A stretch of 64,000 bases of DNA from an uncultured Nitrososphaeraceae archaeon (GTDB lineage Archaea; Thermoproteota; Nitrososphaeria; Nitrososphaerales; Nitrososphaeraceae). The notes below the pieces were generated by a model that worked only from the letters and a program-made list of their open reading frames with translations, searched no databases and was not told where the DNA came from. Below, piece by piece: positions 54,062 through 64,000 of the stretch; within the stretch, counting starts at the first letter, position 1; each line of letters begins with the position of its first letter. The stretch covers positions 96,001-160,000 of the forward strand of contig CAWIMJ010000016.1 of NCBI GenBank assembly GCA_963837175.1, read 5' to 3'. A program made the translations under genes and the position numbers.

Positions 54062-55394
54062 TTATTTAGCAGGATCTTTGCCGTCACCATCATCTGTGCC
54101 TGCATTGGCATCTCCATCATCATTATCATTGTCTGATGAAGGTGGTGGTGAAGGTAGATTATCATCATCATTATCATTGTCTGATGAAGGTGGTGGTGAA
54201 GGTAGTTTATCATCATCATTATCATTGTCTGATGAAGGTGGTGGTGAAGGTAGTTTATCATCATCATTATCACCTGGTGGTGGACATCCTGCTGCATTTG
54301 GATTATTCTCACAGTCTAGTGGTGGTGTACATCCTGTTGGCTTTGGATTATTCTCACAGTCTAGTGGTGGTGTACATCCTTTTGCATTTGGATTATTCTC
54401 ACAGTCTAGTGGTGGTGTGACATCCTGTTGCATTTGGATTATTCTCACAGTCTGGATAAGGAACACATTTCTTCTCTTTGTAATCCCAATAATATCCTGT
54501 GTTGCATGAAGGCGGTTTTCCATGATCTCCATAATCTCCTCCGCCACCACCCCTGATTTTAATCACATTTTTTATAATTGTTGTAGTATGACTGGTTCTA
54601 CCACCATCATCTTGTGTTACAAGCTGTAGTATTGCTTGTGCTAAAACTCCATTGGGATCCTGTATTATTTGATTTGCAAGCTGAAAGATATATTGTCCAG
54701 TAATAGATTTTCCTTGTGCTTGTGCAAATTGAAGAGCTATTTGTATAATTACTGCTTCAACTTTCTCTACAGGAACACCTACTCTATTTGCTAATATTTG
54801 TGCTGCATTTCTTATAACTAGGTTGACATTTCTCGACCCACCACTTGCTTCTTGAATAGCTGTATTGGATAGAGATTGTGTTATGTTGTTACTACTGCTA
54901 CTAGCTTTCTGTTGTAATGTTTGTTGTACAATTTGTACTACACTACTATTACCAGATGCTATCAGTCCTGCAAAATGAGATAGTACTTGAGATAGAGTAC
55001 CAAAGGGATATGCAGTAACTTGTGATGATATCTGACGAATTTCTTTAATAGCCTCTGCTTGACTGGATGTTTGAGCTGTTTGTTTTGCTAATTGTACAAG
55101 TATTTGATATACATTAGTTGCATTAGTACCAGGATTTGCAGTTGCTACTTGTTGTGCAATCTGCTTTATTATTTGGCTAAGACCAACTCTATTCTGTTGC
55201 TGGGGTGATTGTTGTTGTGATTGTGGCTGTTGTGCATAGACTCCAGCTTGGAATACAGGGATAAAGGAAATTCCGGTTAATAATATAATGGATAATACAA
55301 TAACTCCTAATTTTGATATAATGTTTGGTTGAAGATGCTGCTGCTGATTTTGCATCGATATGTTACTGAAGTAGTAATTTATAAGATTATTCAT
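54062..55394 (-). CDS. Secreted Gln/Ala-rich protein with Cys repeats and a Pro/Asp tail (+1 indel near 54421)
   Basis: Signal peptide ending ..GVYAQ, Q/A-rich helical domain, CNTGYYWDYKEKKC, then (DCENNPxxxGCxPPx)x4 and (DNDNDDDKLPSPPPSS)x3 once the frames are joined. Confidence 0.8.
54116..54452. repeat. Coding tandem repeats: 48 bp x about 3 (54116-54271) and 45 bp x about 4 (54284-54452)
   Basis: Directly visible units tcattatcattgtctgatgaaggtggtggtgaaggtag.. and ggattattctcacagtctagtggtggtgtacatcct.. Confidence 0.92.
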
Positions 55395-55499
55395 AATTAT
55401 TATTCATCTAATAGAGATTACATGACATCCCAGTGATGGTCATATACAATTTTCATCTGTCATCACAGCATTAATAATAACTATTATTTCTTGTCAGAC

Positions 55500-56303
55500 T
55501 CATTCTAAATCAATTATATTGTCTTCAAAGTCTAAAATCTGCTCATTATTCTTTTCACTATCTTCTGCATCTTCAATATCCCAATAGATGATTGTATCAT
55601 CATTGTCTTCTGGTTCAGGCTCAGCTTTAGGCTCTGATTCTGGTTGTGGTTCCTCTTCTTTTTTCTCTACCTCCTTGTCTTCTTCCTCTTCTTGCTTCTG
55701 AGTAGATGGTGATGAAGGAAGTGGAGATGGTATTGGAATAGGGACACTACTACCATCACCATTAGTCTGTTCTTTTTGTTCTTCTGAAGACGTGGTCCTT
55801 TCAGAAGAAGAAGCTTTTGTTATTCCTGTAACATTTACCTTATAATAATTTGTTAAATAAGTAGCAGTGGTGTTGTTATTATTATTATTGCTATCATTAT
55901 CTAAGCAAGATTTGTGCAGTCAGTTCATTTGTTCCATTTGTAATTGCATGATATGCAGGCGTATACGTAAAACTCCAAATAGAATAATCATTTACTCCAC
56001 CAGGACCTGTTGCTATAGCTTTTTGAAATGGCTTTGTATTATTCCAATCAGCATATACTGTACAATCAGTAGTTGGATTATCTGTTGATGTTCCTGATAT
56101 TGTAATTTGACCAACTGGACTTGTTGACCCGTAGTAGGAGATGTAATCTTTATACTTATTACCGGCAGTTGCTGCTGTTGTAGTAATTGACCATAGATTC
56201 CAGTTTGCATCGCAGGGACAAGGGAGATTTCAATTAGCAATAATATTGATAATACAATAACTCTTAATTGTATTAGCGTAAATTTAGGGTACATTATATG
56301 CAT
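55500..56303 (-). pseudogene. Secreted Ig-like domain protein with an acidic Pro/Glu tail, several frame breaks
   Basis: Signal peptide, IKITSPTTGQQV, then in other frames ITISGTSTDNPTTDCTVYADWNNTKPFQKAIATGPGGVNDYSIWSFTY and VNVTG; may be intact if the breaks are sequencing errors. Confidence 0.7.
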
Positions 56304-56349
56304 CTTCCTAATATAGATGTGATTTAAAATATAGTATCTAGATGTAGAT

Positions 56350-58104
56350 CTACATTAGCACTTGAATATATGTTGACGCTTTAATATATATGTCCCATAA
56401 TATCTTACTGCTATTTGCATTTGCTCTGATTTCCACCCATTTTGTATCTCTATTCTCACTCATACTAGTATAGGGATATTTATCAAGATCATAATGCGTA
56501 GAGTTATCCTTAAAAATAGCAATTGGAATCGTATTGTAATATGGATTCAATCGTTGTTGTTGTTACGTCTATTCTGTATATCATTATTAGTATTATCAGA
56601 CAGAGAGCGTTTTATCGTATTATCAACAATGAGAATAGCCTTTTCTCCTTCAACAGATAGAGATTTATCGTTAACTTTGTCAACCTTTTTAAAATCTAAA
56701 TCTATGTTATATACATATTTTGGAATCCAGTATAAGCCTCTAGTCCAATGACGACCGATCATGATTGTTGTGCTATTGTTGTTATTATTATGATGGTCAT
56801 TGATCTTCTCCTCATTTGATAAGTATTGAACTATAGACGCATATATTTTAAAGTAGGTTGACGTAACATTTGTTGTTATTAGCATACTGGTGGTTACAAT
56901 CCCAAAAATCCCTATCCCTGAGATTATAGCGAACGGCATTATTTGCTGAATCTTTTTGTGATTAATTCTAGAGGATATATCTACTATCATCCTAGCAGCT
57001 GCCAATGCAAAATGCTGGCAATAACGGAATCAAATGAAAGAATGAAACGAAATTTATAATGAAAAGGAAAACAAGAAACGGAACAACCCATAACAACATC
57101 AAAAAGTCTCTTTTTACCTCTGCAAAGAAAATCCCAGCAAAGCCAAGAAGAAGCAAAACTGGTTCAATCTGAAATAGATATTTTAAAGAGTTCAGAAGCG
57201 TGTTACCTACTGCAGAATCAGTACTATTATTGTTTTGTCTGTGTATATTCCATATTACGTCATTTAACCAAAGATCAAAATCACCATTGAATATAGCATC
57301 GACAGGCCAACTTAGTGGTATTAAAATCACAGGAATAAGCCAAAGACCTACAATCTTCCAATTCTTATTGCTAGAGGTATAAACAAGATATCCAACTAAT
57401 GGAATCATAGTAAATATTGGAATTTTTGTAAGAATAGCCAATCCTAAAAAAATGCCTGAAAGTAAAACTAGTAAAGTGTTTTTGTTTTTTATTATTATTT
57501 TCCTCCATTTATTGCTATTGTAGTTTCTTCTTATCTGATCTTTTGATATATATAGTGCCAATAGTATCGATAAGAGAAGAAAAGGTAGAAGAAGTGATTC
57601 TAATAATATCTTTCTTAATACCCATGTTATTGGCATTACTGCAAAGAGAATAGATGCAATTAATGCAACAGTCCTGTTATTACTATAGCAACGTTCAGCT
57701 ATTTTGTATACAAGAAAAGTATCCAATATGGCAAGTAATCCTATCAAAACTCTTGGAATAAGATAAAGCATTTCAATAGAATGTATTGTATTGCCATGAG
57801 CAGTAGCAATAATAGTAGCAGTAGAAGAAAGATGCAATGATTCTGGATAACCAATCATTGCTAACATTCCTGCTAAAAAATATTGTCCAAAATATGGATG
57901 ATCATATGGATGAGGATAGATGCTACTTTGTTTTTGATGATGACCTAAACCTTCCAATACCTGCATGGTCCTGTGCATGTATTGCCCCTCAACAACCCAT
58001 ACAGCTGGAAATCCTATAGGGTTCCAAAGATGAGTAAATGCTGAAAGAATCAGAGGTATAGATAGTAAAATTATAGATTTATTATGACTGAACTGATTAA
58101 ACAT
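56350..58104 (-). CDS. GT-C membrane glycosyltransferase (PMT_2/ArnT-like), split by indels at about 57002 and 56550
   Basis: VEGQYM, YDHPYFGQ, LFAVMP, LLESLLLPF, SGIFLGLAILTK; three consecutive ORFs form one multi-TM protein. Confidence 0.8.
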
Positions 58105-58239
58105 GTAGCAAAGATGCTGTGTCAGATAAATTCACGGTTTTTTATACTTTATATGTTTTGTGAAATTAGGATATCAGAAATATATTGGTCAGAGATACGT
58201 CCTTGTATTAGCGATCGTGTTTGGTGATGATGATGTTGT

Positions 58240-58995
58240 TGTTGTTCTAACCGAATAATTTCTGATAATCTTTTCTCTTCAGTGCCTTTTGATTTAAGAT
58301 GTTCTTCATTATTGTTCGTAAATAGAGTAACAAGATTTTTATTCTTATCTGTTCATGCTGTAGATCCATTATTTTGCACTTTTTCTTTTCACTATTTATA
58401 ATAAGAGTACATGGCTTTGCTTTGTATTTCTATTTGAGACTTGAAACACAACAACACTATATGTGATGGTCGTTTCTTAAATTGAAGAATTTACATCCTT
58501 TGCAGTACTCTATATCTCATTCAATTGCTGGTAAGTTATTATTTGTAATTTTAGGAAGATTAACCACTTGCTGTACATCGATACATTTGGTTAATTTGTA
58601 AAGGTATAAAAAAATACAATATTATTATATTCTTAATAAAAAAGATTCAGATTTGGTAGTTGTTTTAGCCTCCAATACTTTTTACAGAATTTAGTTGTCT
58701 ATGACTTTCTTAGGTTTAATTCAACAACTACTTCTAATGGAATCTTACCTTCAGAAAAGAGTTTTATGCGTAAGTTGAAAGAGATAGCTGTTGTTCTACA
58801 TCTTGCTTTTTCTCTTAACGTTGTTGTTCATCTCCTTTGGATCCTTCATTCTTTTCTTCAAATGTTATATTCACAATAACTCCTATATCTCTAAATGACA
58901 TCCTAGCCTCTTTTGCTGATCTCATGTTTGGTTTCATCTTGATTGTAAAAGTCTAGCACAAGTCTTTCTCTTTCTTGTCTTGTTGTTGTAGACAT
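58240..58995 (-). pseudogene. Decayed HTH plus coiled-coil hypothetical gene
   Basis: MSTTTRQERERLVLDFYNQ..EISKEARMSFRDIGVI, later KLFSEGKIPLEVVVELNL; several stops; 3' boundary approximate. Confidence 0.55.
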
Positions 58996-59520
58996 TGTCT
59001 TTTACTATTGTATTTAATTTAATTATTCTTACTGAAGCTGTACTAAATGTTATGAAGAATTTCTAAAGCAAACAAATTAAAAAGATACAGAAAATAACAG
59101 AGCTGCCTACTAAGCCAAAGAAATGTCTCATTAGATAATGAAGATACCAATCATCATGTGGGGGTCAACTTATACATGGAGTTGTTAGTTCATTTAAACT
59201 CATGCTCTATCACACCTCGACCAAATATGCAAGTACCTACTGATTGTTTTTAGCCTTCAGGACAACAATTAGAAAATTGAGAACAAGAATAAAAAATTAC
59301 AACCACTTTAATATAAGTTGTTATTAAGGAGATTCCTAATCTACTGTTGTAGCTCATTTCTTGTTATTGTTTTTAATTAAATTTTTCATACTAAAAATAT
59401 ACTTAAGTATAGATATTGGTAGATGCGAATACAAACAGATCTTTAACTCATTAGTATACACATAAATGTGTTAGGTCATCCTAACCTTATCGTATCTTTT
59501 TAAGATACCTATCTATTTAC

Positions 59521-60220
59521 GGCTCTGTTCACTTAATTTTTTCTTTAATAAGCATTCTATTATGCAAATAAACAAACTGATTCATCATCCAATTGCTAAC
59601 ATGATGTCCTAGTTTACAGTTATCTCTTTTTCTACATGGAAAATAATCATCAAAACATTCTGTTCTATCTTTAAAGTATTGAACTGTTCTCTCAATTATG
59701 CTTCTGTCATGGTATGAGTGAAATGATGATGTTTTATCTTTGCAAATTTACAAGCATATGGATACCATGTCCCACCACTATATCAGTAGAAACTGGGTGC
59801 TTTCCATATCTTCTAACTAATTCTTGTAGAAACCGTTCCGGCAACAAGTATGCTTCTCTCAAAAGAAATTCTAATACCTAGAATCAGCTTATCTATTGGC
59901 TCAATGGCAATCCATAACCATGCATAGTGATTGCCAACTTTAAGTAGTGTTTCATCTATATTATAAATTCAGATACTTTTCTCTTATTCTGAAGTATCTT
60001 TTTTGGTTTGAAGCGTTGAATCCAATTCCATATCGAAACATGATTCCTTTTTATAAATGGAAACAGGTGTTCTGATGCTCTTCTGAGTGAAAGGCCTGAA
60101 AAGTATAGTAGATGTAGTAGTGCATAGTAGATATACTTTGAAGATGTTCTATTTCTTTTGAGTAGCATAATAGGGATAAGATACTTTCAGCTATAGATTT
60201 AACATTAAGTGAACAGAGCC
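59521..60220 (-). mobile_element. IS6-like insertion sequence, 700 bp, frameshifted transposase
   Basis: 17-bp TIRs GGCTCTGTTCACTTAAT/ATTAAGTGAACAGAGCC; perfect 8-bp TSD CTATTTAC (59513-59520, 60221-60228); transposase GLSLRRAS..HVSIWNWIQRF, DETLLKVG..WLWIAIEP, IIERTVQYFKDRTECFDDYFPC. Confidence 0.95.
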
Positions 60221-60420
60221 CTATTTACACAATAAAACCTTAATAATTTTGTCTTCCTCTATCATATTAGCTATCATTATTCATCACGGATCTAAATAAA
60301 TGAATTACATCGATATTCATTTTTAAGCGTAGTGTTTTAACTCAAACCTATAATAAGAGAGTAATAAAGCAGGCTTCTGGTCTGCATGCAAGCATAACGT
60401 TAGAGTTATGCAAGTATATC

Positions 60421-61577
60421 TCATTCGCTATCTCCTCCGCCGCCACTATCTCCTCCTCCGCCACTATCTCCTCCTGCCGCCGACTATCTCCTCCGCCGTC
60501 CGCCGCTCTTTCCACTCTTCCCGCTATCGCCACTCTTCCCGCTATCTCCTTCGTCGTCGCTATCTGTATCGCCAGTATCTGTATCTGTATCGCCAGTATC
60601 TGTATCAGTAGTTATAGTATCTGTATCAGTAGTTATAGTATCTGTATCAGTAGTTATAGTATCTGTATCAGTAGTTATAGTATCTGTATCAGTAGTTATA
60701 GTATCTGTATCAGTAGTTATAGTATCTGTATCAGTAGTTATAGTATCTGTATCAGTAGTTATAGTATCTGTATCAGTAGTCGTGTATTTGCAGCTTTCTT
60801 AACACCTATATCTACAGCTTCCTTTACACTTTTACCTTCATGTAGTGCTTGCGACATACCCGCTGAAAATGTTGGTACAGCATCATAATGACCTAGTCCT
60901 TCTTGCTCATCAATATGGTCAGCGGCAATCTTCATTTCTTCAGGTTTCAATGCCATCATATCTAAATCCGGAAGAGGATTTTTTCCTTCCAAAGAATCTT
61001 GATTAGCCACATAATTCATGGCTCTTGTAATGGAAGCTTGGTCGGCGCCAGTTTCCATAGCTATCTTGTGTGCAGCCTTGTCTATGCGCTGCTTTATTAC
61101 CGGTGTTTCAGCTGCTTCTAGATGACTGGCTATCTGTACTAATGCGTTTGGTCCAGGTATACCTCTGGCTATCAGTTGTGCTCCTTGTTTTATAACTTGA
61201 GTAAATGCCACCTTATCAACTGTTTGTTTTGCAATATGTAATAATGCTTGTGATACTGGGCCTGTTGGAGATGAAGTTATCTGTGATTGTATCTCAGTAA
61301 TTGTTTGCATAGCTTTAAATTTATCCAAGGTCTGGGCTGCTGTTTGCTGAGCTAATTGTATAAGTATCTGTTGTATATGCACTAAATCAGTACCTGGATT
61401 TGAATTTGCCACTTGTTGTGACATCTGTTTAATTATCTGGCCTATACCAACTGTCTCCTGCGCAGAAGCTGGCATATGCAGTGTTGAAATGAGAGATATT
61501 TTAGTCAATAATATTACTAATAATGCAAAAACTCCTAGTACAGATATCTCTCTTCTAGTGTGCAAACGTATGTGCAT
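60421..61577 (-). CDS. Secreted Gln/Ala-rich protein (paralog of 54062-55394) with TTDTDTI and Gly/Asp/Ser tails; frame breaks at the repeat junction and in the Gly tail
   Basis: VGIGQIIKQMSQQVANSNPGTDLVHIQQILIQLAQQT aligns by eye with VGLSQIIKQIAQQVATANPGTNATNVYQILVQLAKQT; signal peptide ending ASAQ. Confidence 0.75.
60595..60780. repeat. Perfect 21-bp tandem repeat AGTATCTGTATCAGTAGTTAT, 8 full copies plus 1 partial
   Basis: Directly visible; encodes TTDTDTI in one minus-strand frame. Confidence 0.97.
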
Positions 61578-62088
61578 ACGTATGTATATTTAATAAGGAT
61601 ATTGTTTATAAGAATATTTATAAGGATACTAGATGAAAGATTTATTTTCTCTTTATAATAATTACCTAAAAATTTTAGCTAGCTAATATTTCAGCAATTT
61701 AAAGTTTTATTGTAGTAATGCTCGCTTTTTATTTGTATGATATACTGCCTAACATAATTTTGTATATCTTTTAAAACCAAGTAAAAGGATTTTTTAAGCA
61801 TAGTAAACCTTACATATTAAGAAAAATCTGTGAACGAACTTTTGTTAGTTAGTATATTTGACTTAACTTGAATATTTTTTCGAAAATAATTTAATGATAT
61901 TTCTTTGTCATGGTCTGATATCTAAATAAATGCCTATAAGTTATACGATCAAGTTCAAGAGTTTTATCGATATTCCTATTGTAATCATATATCGTTTAAT
62001 ATAATTTTGTAGTGTCTCATGTATATATTTGCTATAATTACATGACGAAAACATAAAATATATTATAAACACACATTACAAAACCATT

Positions 62089-63177
62089 GTGGGCTGGTTA
62101 GATGAGCCTGGTGCTATTGTAGCAATAGTTGAGCAATAATTGCATTAGTTTCGTCAGTGATTACTGCAATCATAACTGCTATTTTTACAAAGAAAAATGA
62201 AATGAGACTTAAACATTTAGAAAATGAACTGGCTGAAAAAAAAGCAGAACACGATGCACGTAGAGATTATGAATATGAAGCTAGAAAGAGACTTTACCAA
62301 GAATGTGAACCTATACTCTTTCAATTTGCAGAATTATCAGAAAGTGCACTTAGACGAATTTATGCACTAGCCAGAAATGCTAAGGATGGAAATTTAGGTC
62401 CTGATAGATATTGGCTTTCTACAGATCATTATTTTATAAGATCAACAATATATCGGTTAATCGCTCCAATGGCAGCATTTAAACTTCTCCAGCATAGACT
62501 GACAAATATAGATCTAAAATTAGATAGATCTATTAATATTCAATATATCCTTGCCAAGATTCTGTATTACACATTTTCTAGTTCTCCAGATCTGGCTAGA
62601 AGTGATCCTGCTATTCCTTATGATCCTGATCAAATAGGAGCTGAATCAAAAGAGTTTGGAGGAATCTGCAAAGAGAGAAAGGAGAGCCAAATATCCTGAA
62701 AAGTTTTGGTTACAAGGTCTTAAGGTAGGAACAATAGATATACTAGCTGAGACATTAATTGTGTCTGAAAAAGGAGGTGATTATAATAATAGTCGGATAA
62801 AAAGCTTCGGTGAGTTTGAACAGCAATTCTTTAAAAAAAGCGATAATATCGCATCTCAAAACAATAATACATTTGAGGTATTCTTTACTATTTTTTCATA
62901 TTTTCATCCTCGAACTAGACCTGTGCTCTGGCGAGTATTAATAACTCAGGCATATCTATACAATGCTATAAAAAATATACGTAATACTGAGGAAGAATTC
63001 AATATTAGCAACTATGATGAATTTGTGAAACTCTTTGAAATAGAAAAGGTAAAATCGAAATGTAATTGGATACAGTCCCATGAAGTAGTAACGGATGAAG
63101 AATTTAACATACCATTTAAGGCTGCAGAAAACTATCTTAAAACACAATTAACAGATGTGCTTGACTTAATAAAGTAA
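62089..63177 (+). CDS. Hypothetical protein with an N-terminal TM and coiled coil (indels near 62131 and 62655)
   Basis: GTG start, GWLDEPGAIVAIV/AIIALVSSVITAIITAIF TM segment; ORFs 62157-62699 and 62656-63177 join at a T run. Confidence 0.7.
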
Positions 63178-63443
63178 GAACAATTACAAAAGAATAATAT
63201 AATAAAAAATCAGAATTGATTTTTATCATTTAAGATAAGCTTATCTCTAAAACTTAAAGATCATAATCTCCTGAAGTAAGGCAATTGCTTATCAATACAC
63301 AAATGTGATGTAAGAGAATTCATGGTTAGGGTAAATCATTTATTGATGGTTTATAGCAATGACAAAATAGTCTATTAGACCGTATATGATATCAAATTCC
63401 ATGATATATTTATTTTACTCCAATACAGATTTGATTTACAAAT

Positions 63444-64000
63444 ATGGGATTAAGTGAGGAGGATTGGGAAGAATTACTTTATGCAATCAAAGACAAGAAA
63501 TGTACGCCATTTATAGGGGCAGGAGCTTGTGCTCCATGGCTTCCTCTTGGTAAAGATGTAGCCAGAGATTGGGCAGAGAAACATAACTATCCTTTAGAAG
63601 ATTCATACCAACTATCAAGAGTTGCTCAATTTTTGGCAATAGAAAAGGGAAATGATTTGTATCCAAAAAATGTTCTTAGCAGGCTACTTAAAGAAAAAGA
63701 ACCACCTGATTTCTCTTTAGAAGAACATAGAAATACTCCATATGCTGTTCTAGCTGATCTTAATCTGCCCATCTATATCACTACAAATTATGATCAATTT
63801 ATGGAGGCAGCTTTGAAAAGTAAAGGAAAAGAACCTGTAAGTGAGTTTTGTAGATGGAATAATTATGCAGATGCAGCTGGAATTGAATCTAAACTATTCA
63901 AAAAATCTAAATACCAACCAACAGTATCTCAACCATCTAATTTATCATCTTCATGGAGATATAAATACACCTCAATCCATGGTTTTAACTGAGAATGATT
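63444..64000 (+). CDS. SIR2-like (SIR2_2) domain protein, partial (runs off the right edge; indel near 63936)
   Basis: PFIGAGAC, YITTNYD, and after the frame shift LIYHLHGD..SMVLTEND. Confidence 0.88.

Noticed and set aside
54010-54509. His/Met-rich and Ser/Gly-rich overlapping ORFs
   Set aside because: Alternative-frame and antisense readings of the coding tandem repeats.
60595-60780. 21-bp array as a CRISPR
   Set aside because: Head-to-tail identical units with no spacers and no cas genes; it is a coding VNTR.

Overview
AT-rich archaeal chromosomal DNA. Gene content and order (A-type ATPase E-A-B, Alba, L7Ae/S28e/L24e-ndk-aIF5B, Lsm-L37e, archease, cobalamin methyltransferases, sdhACDB) point to an ammonia-oxidising archaeon, probably soil Nitrososphaeraceae (inference). 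Bases 1-52 kb are mostly housekeeping genes. From about 53 kb the window is accessory: repeat-tailed secreted proteins, a GT-C/PMT-like glycosyltransferase, an IS6-like element, and a membrane protein plus SIR2-like gene cut by the window edge. Highlights: (1) a MurI-fold racemase with both catalytic Cys replaced by Ser, next to an orphan hydantoinase/oxoprolinase-A gene; (2) tRNA-Gln(TTG) with an apparent intron at the unusual 10/11 position, and tRNA-Leu(TAG) with two introns; (3) a K-turn over the rpl7ae SD; (4) an IS6-like insertion that rewrote a gene's last codons; (5) unannotated Cys-rich microproteins. About a dozen conserved genes carry small frameshifts that most likely are long-read consensus errors. 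All calls come from manual motif recognition; no database searches were run.
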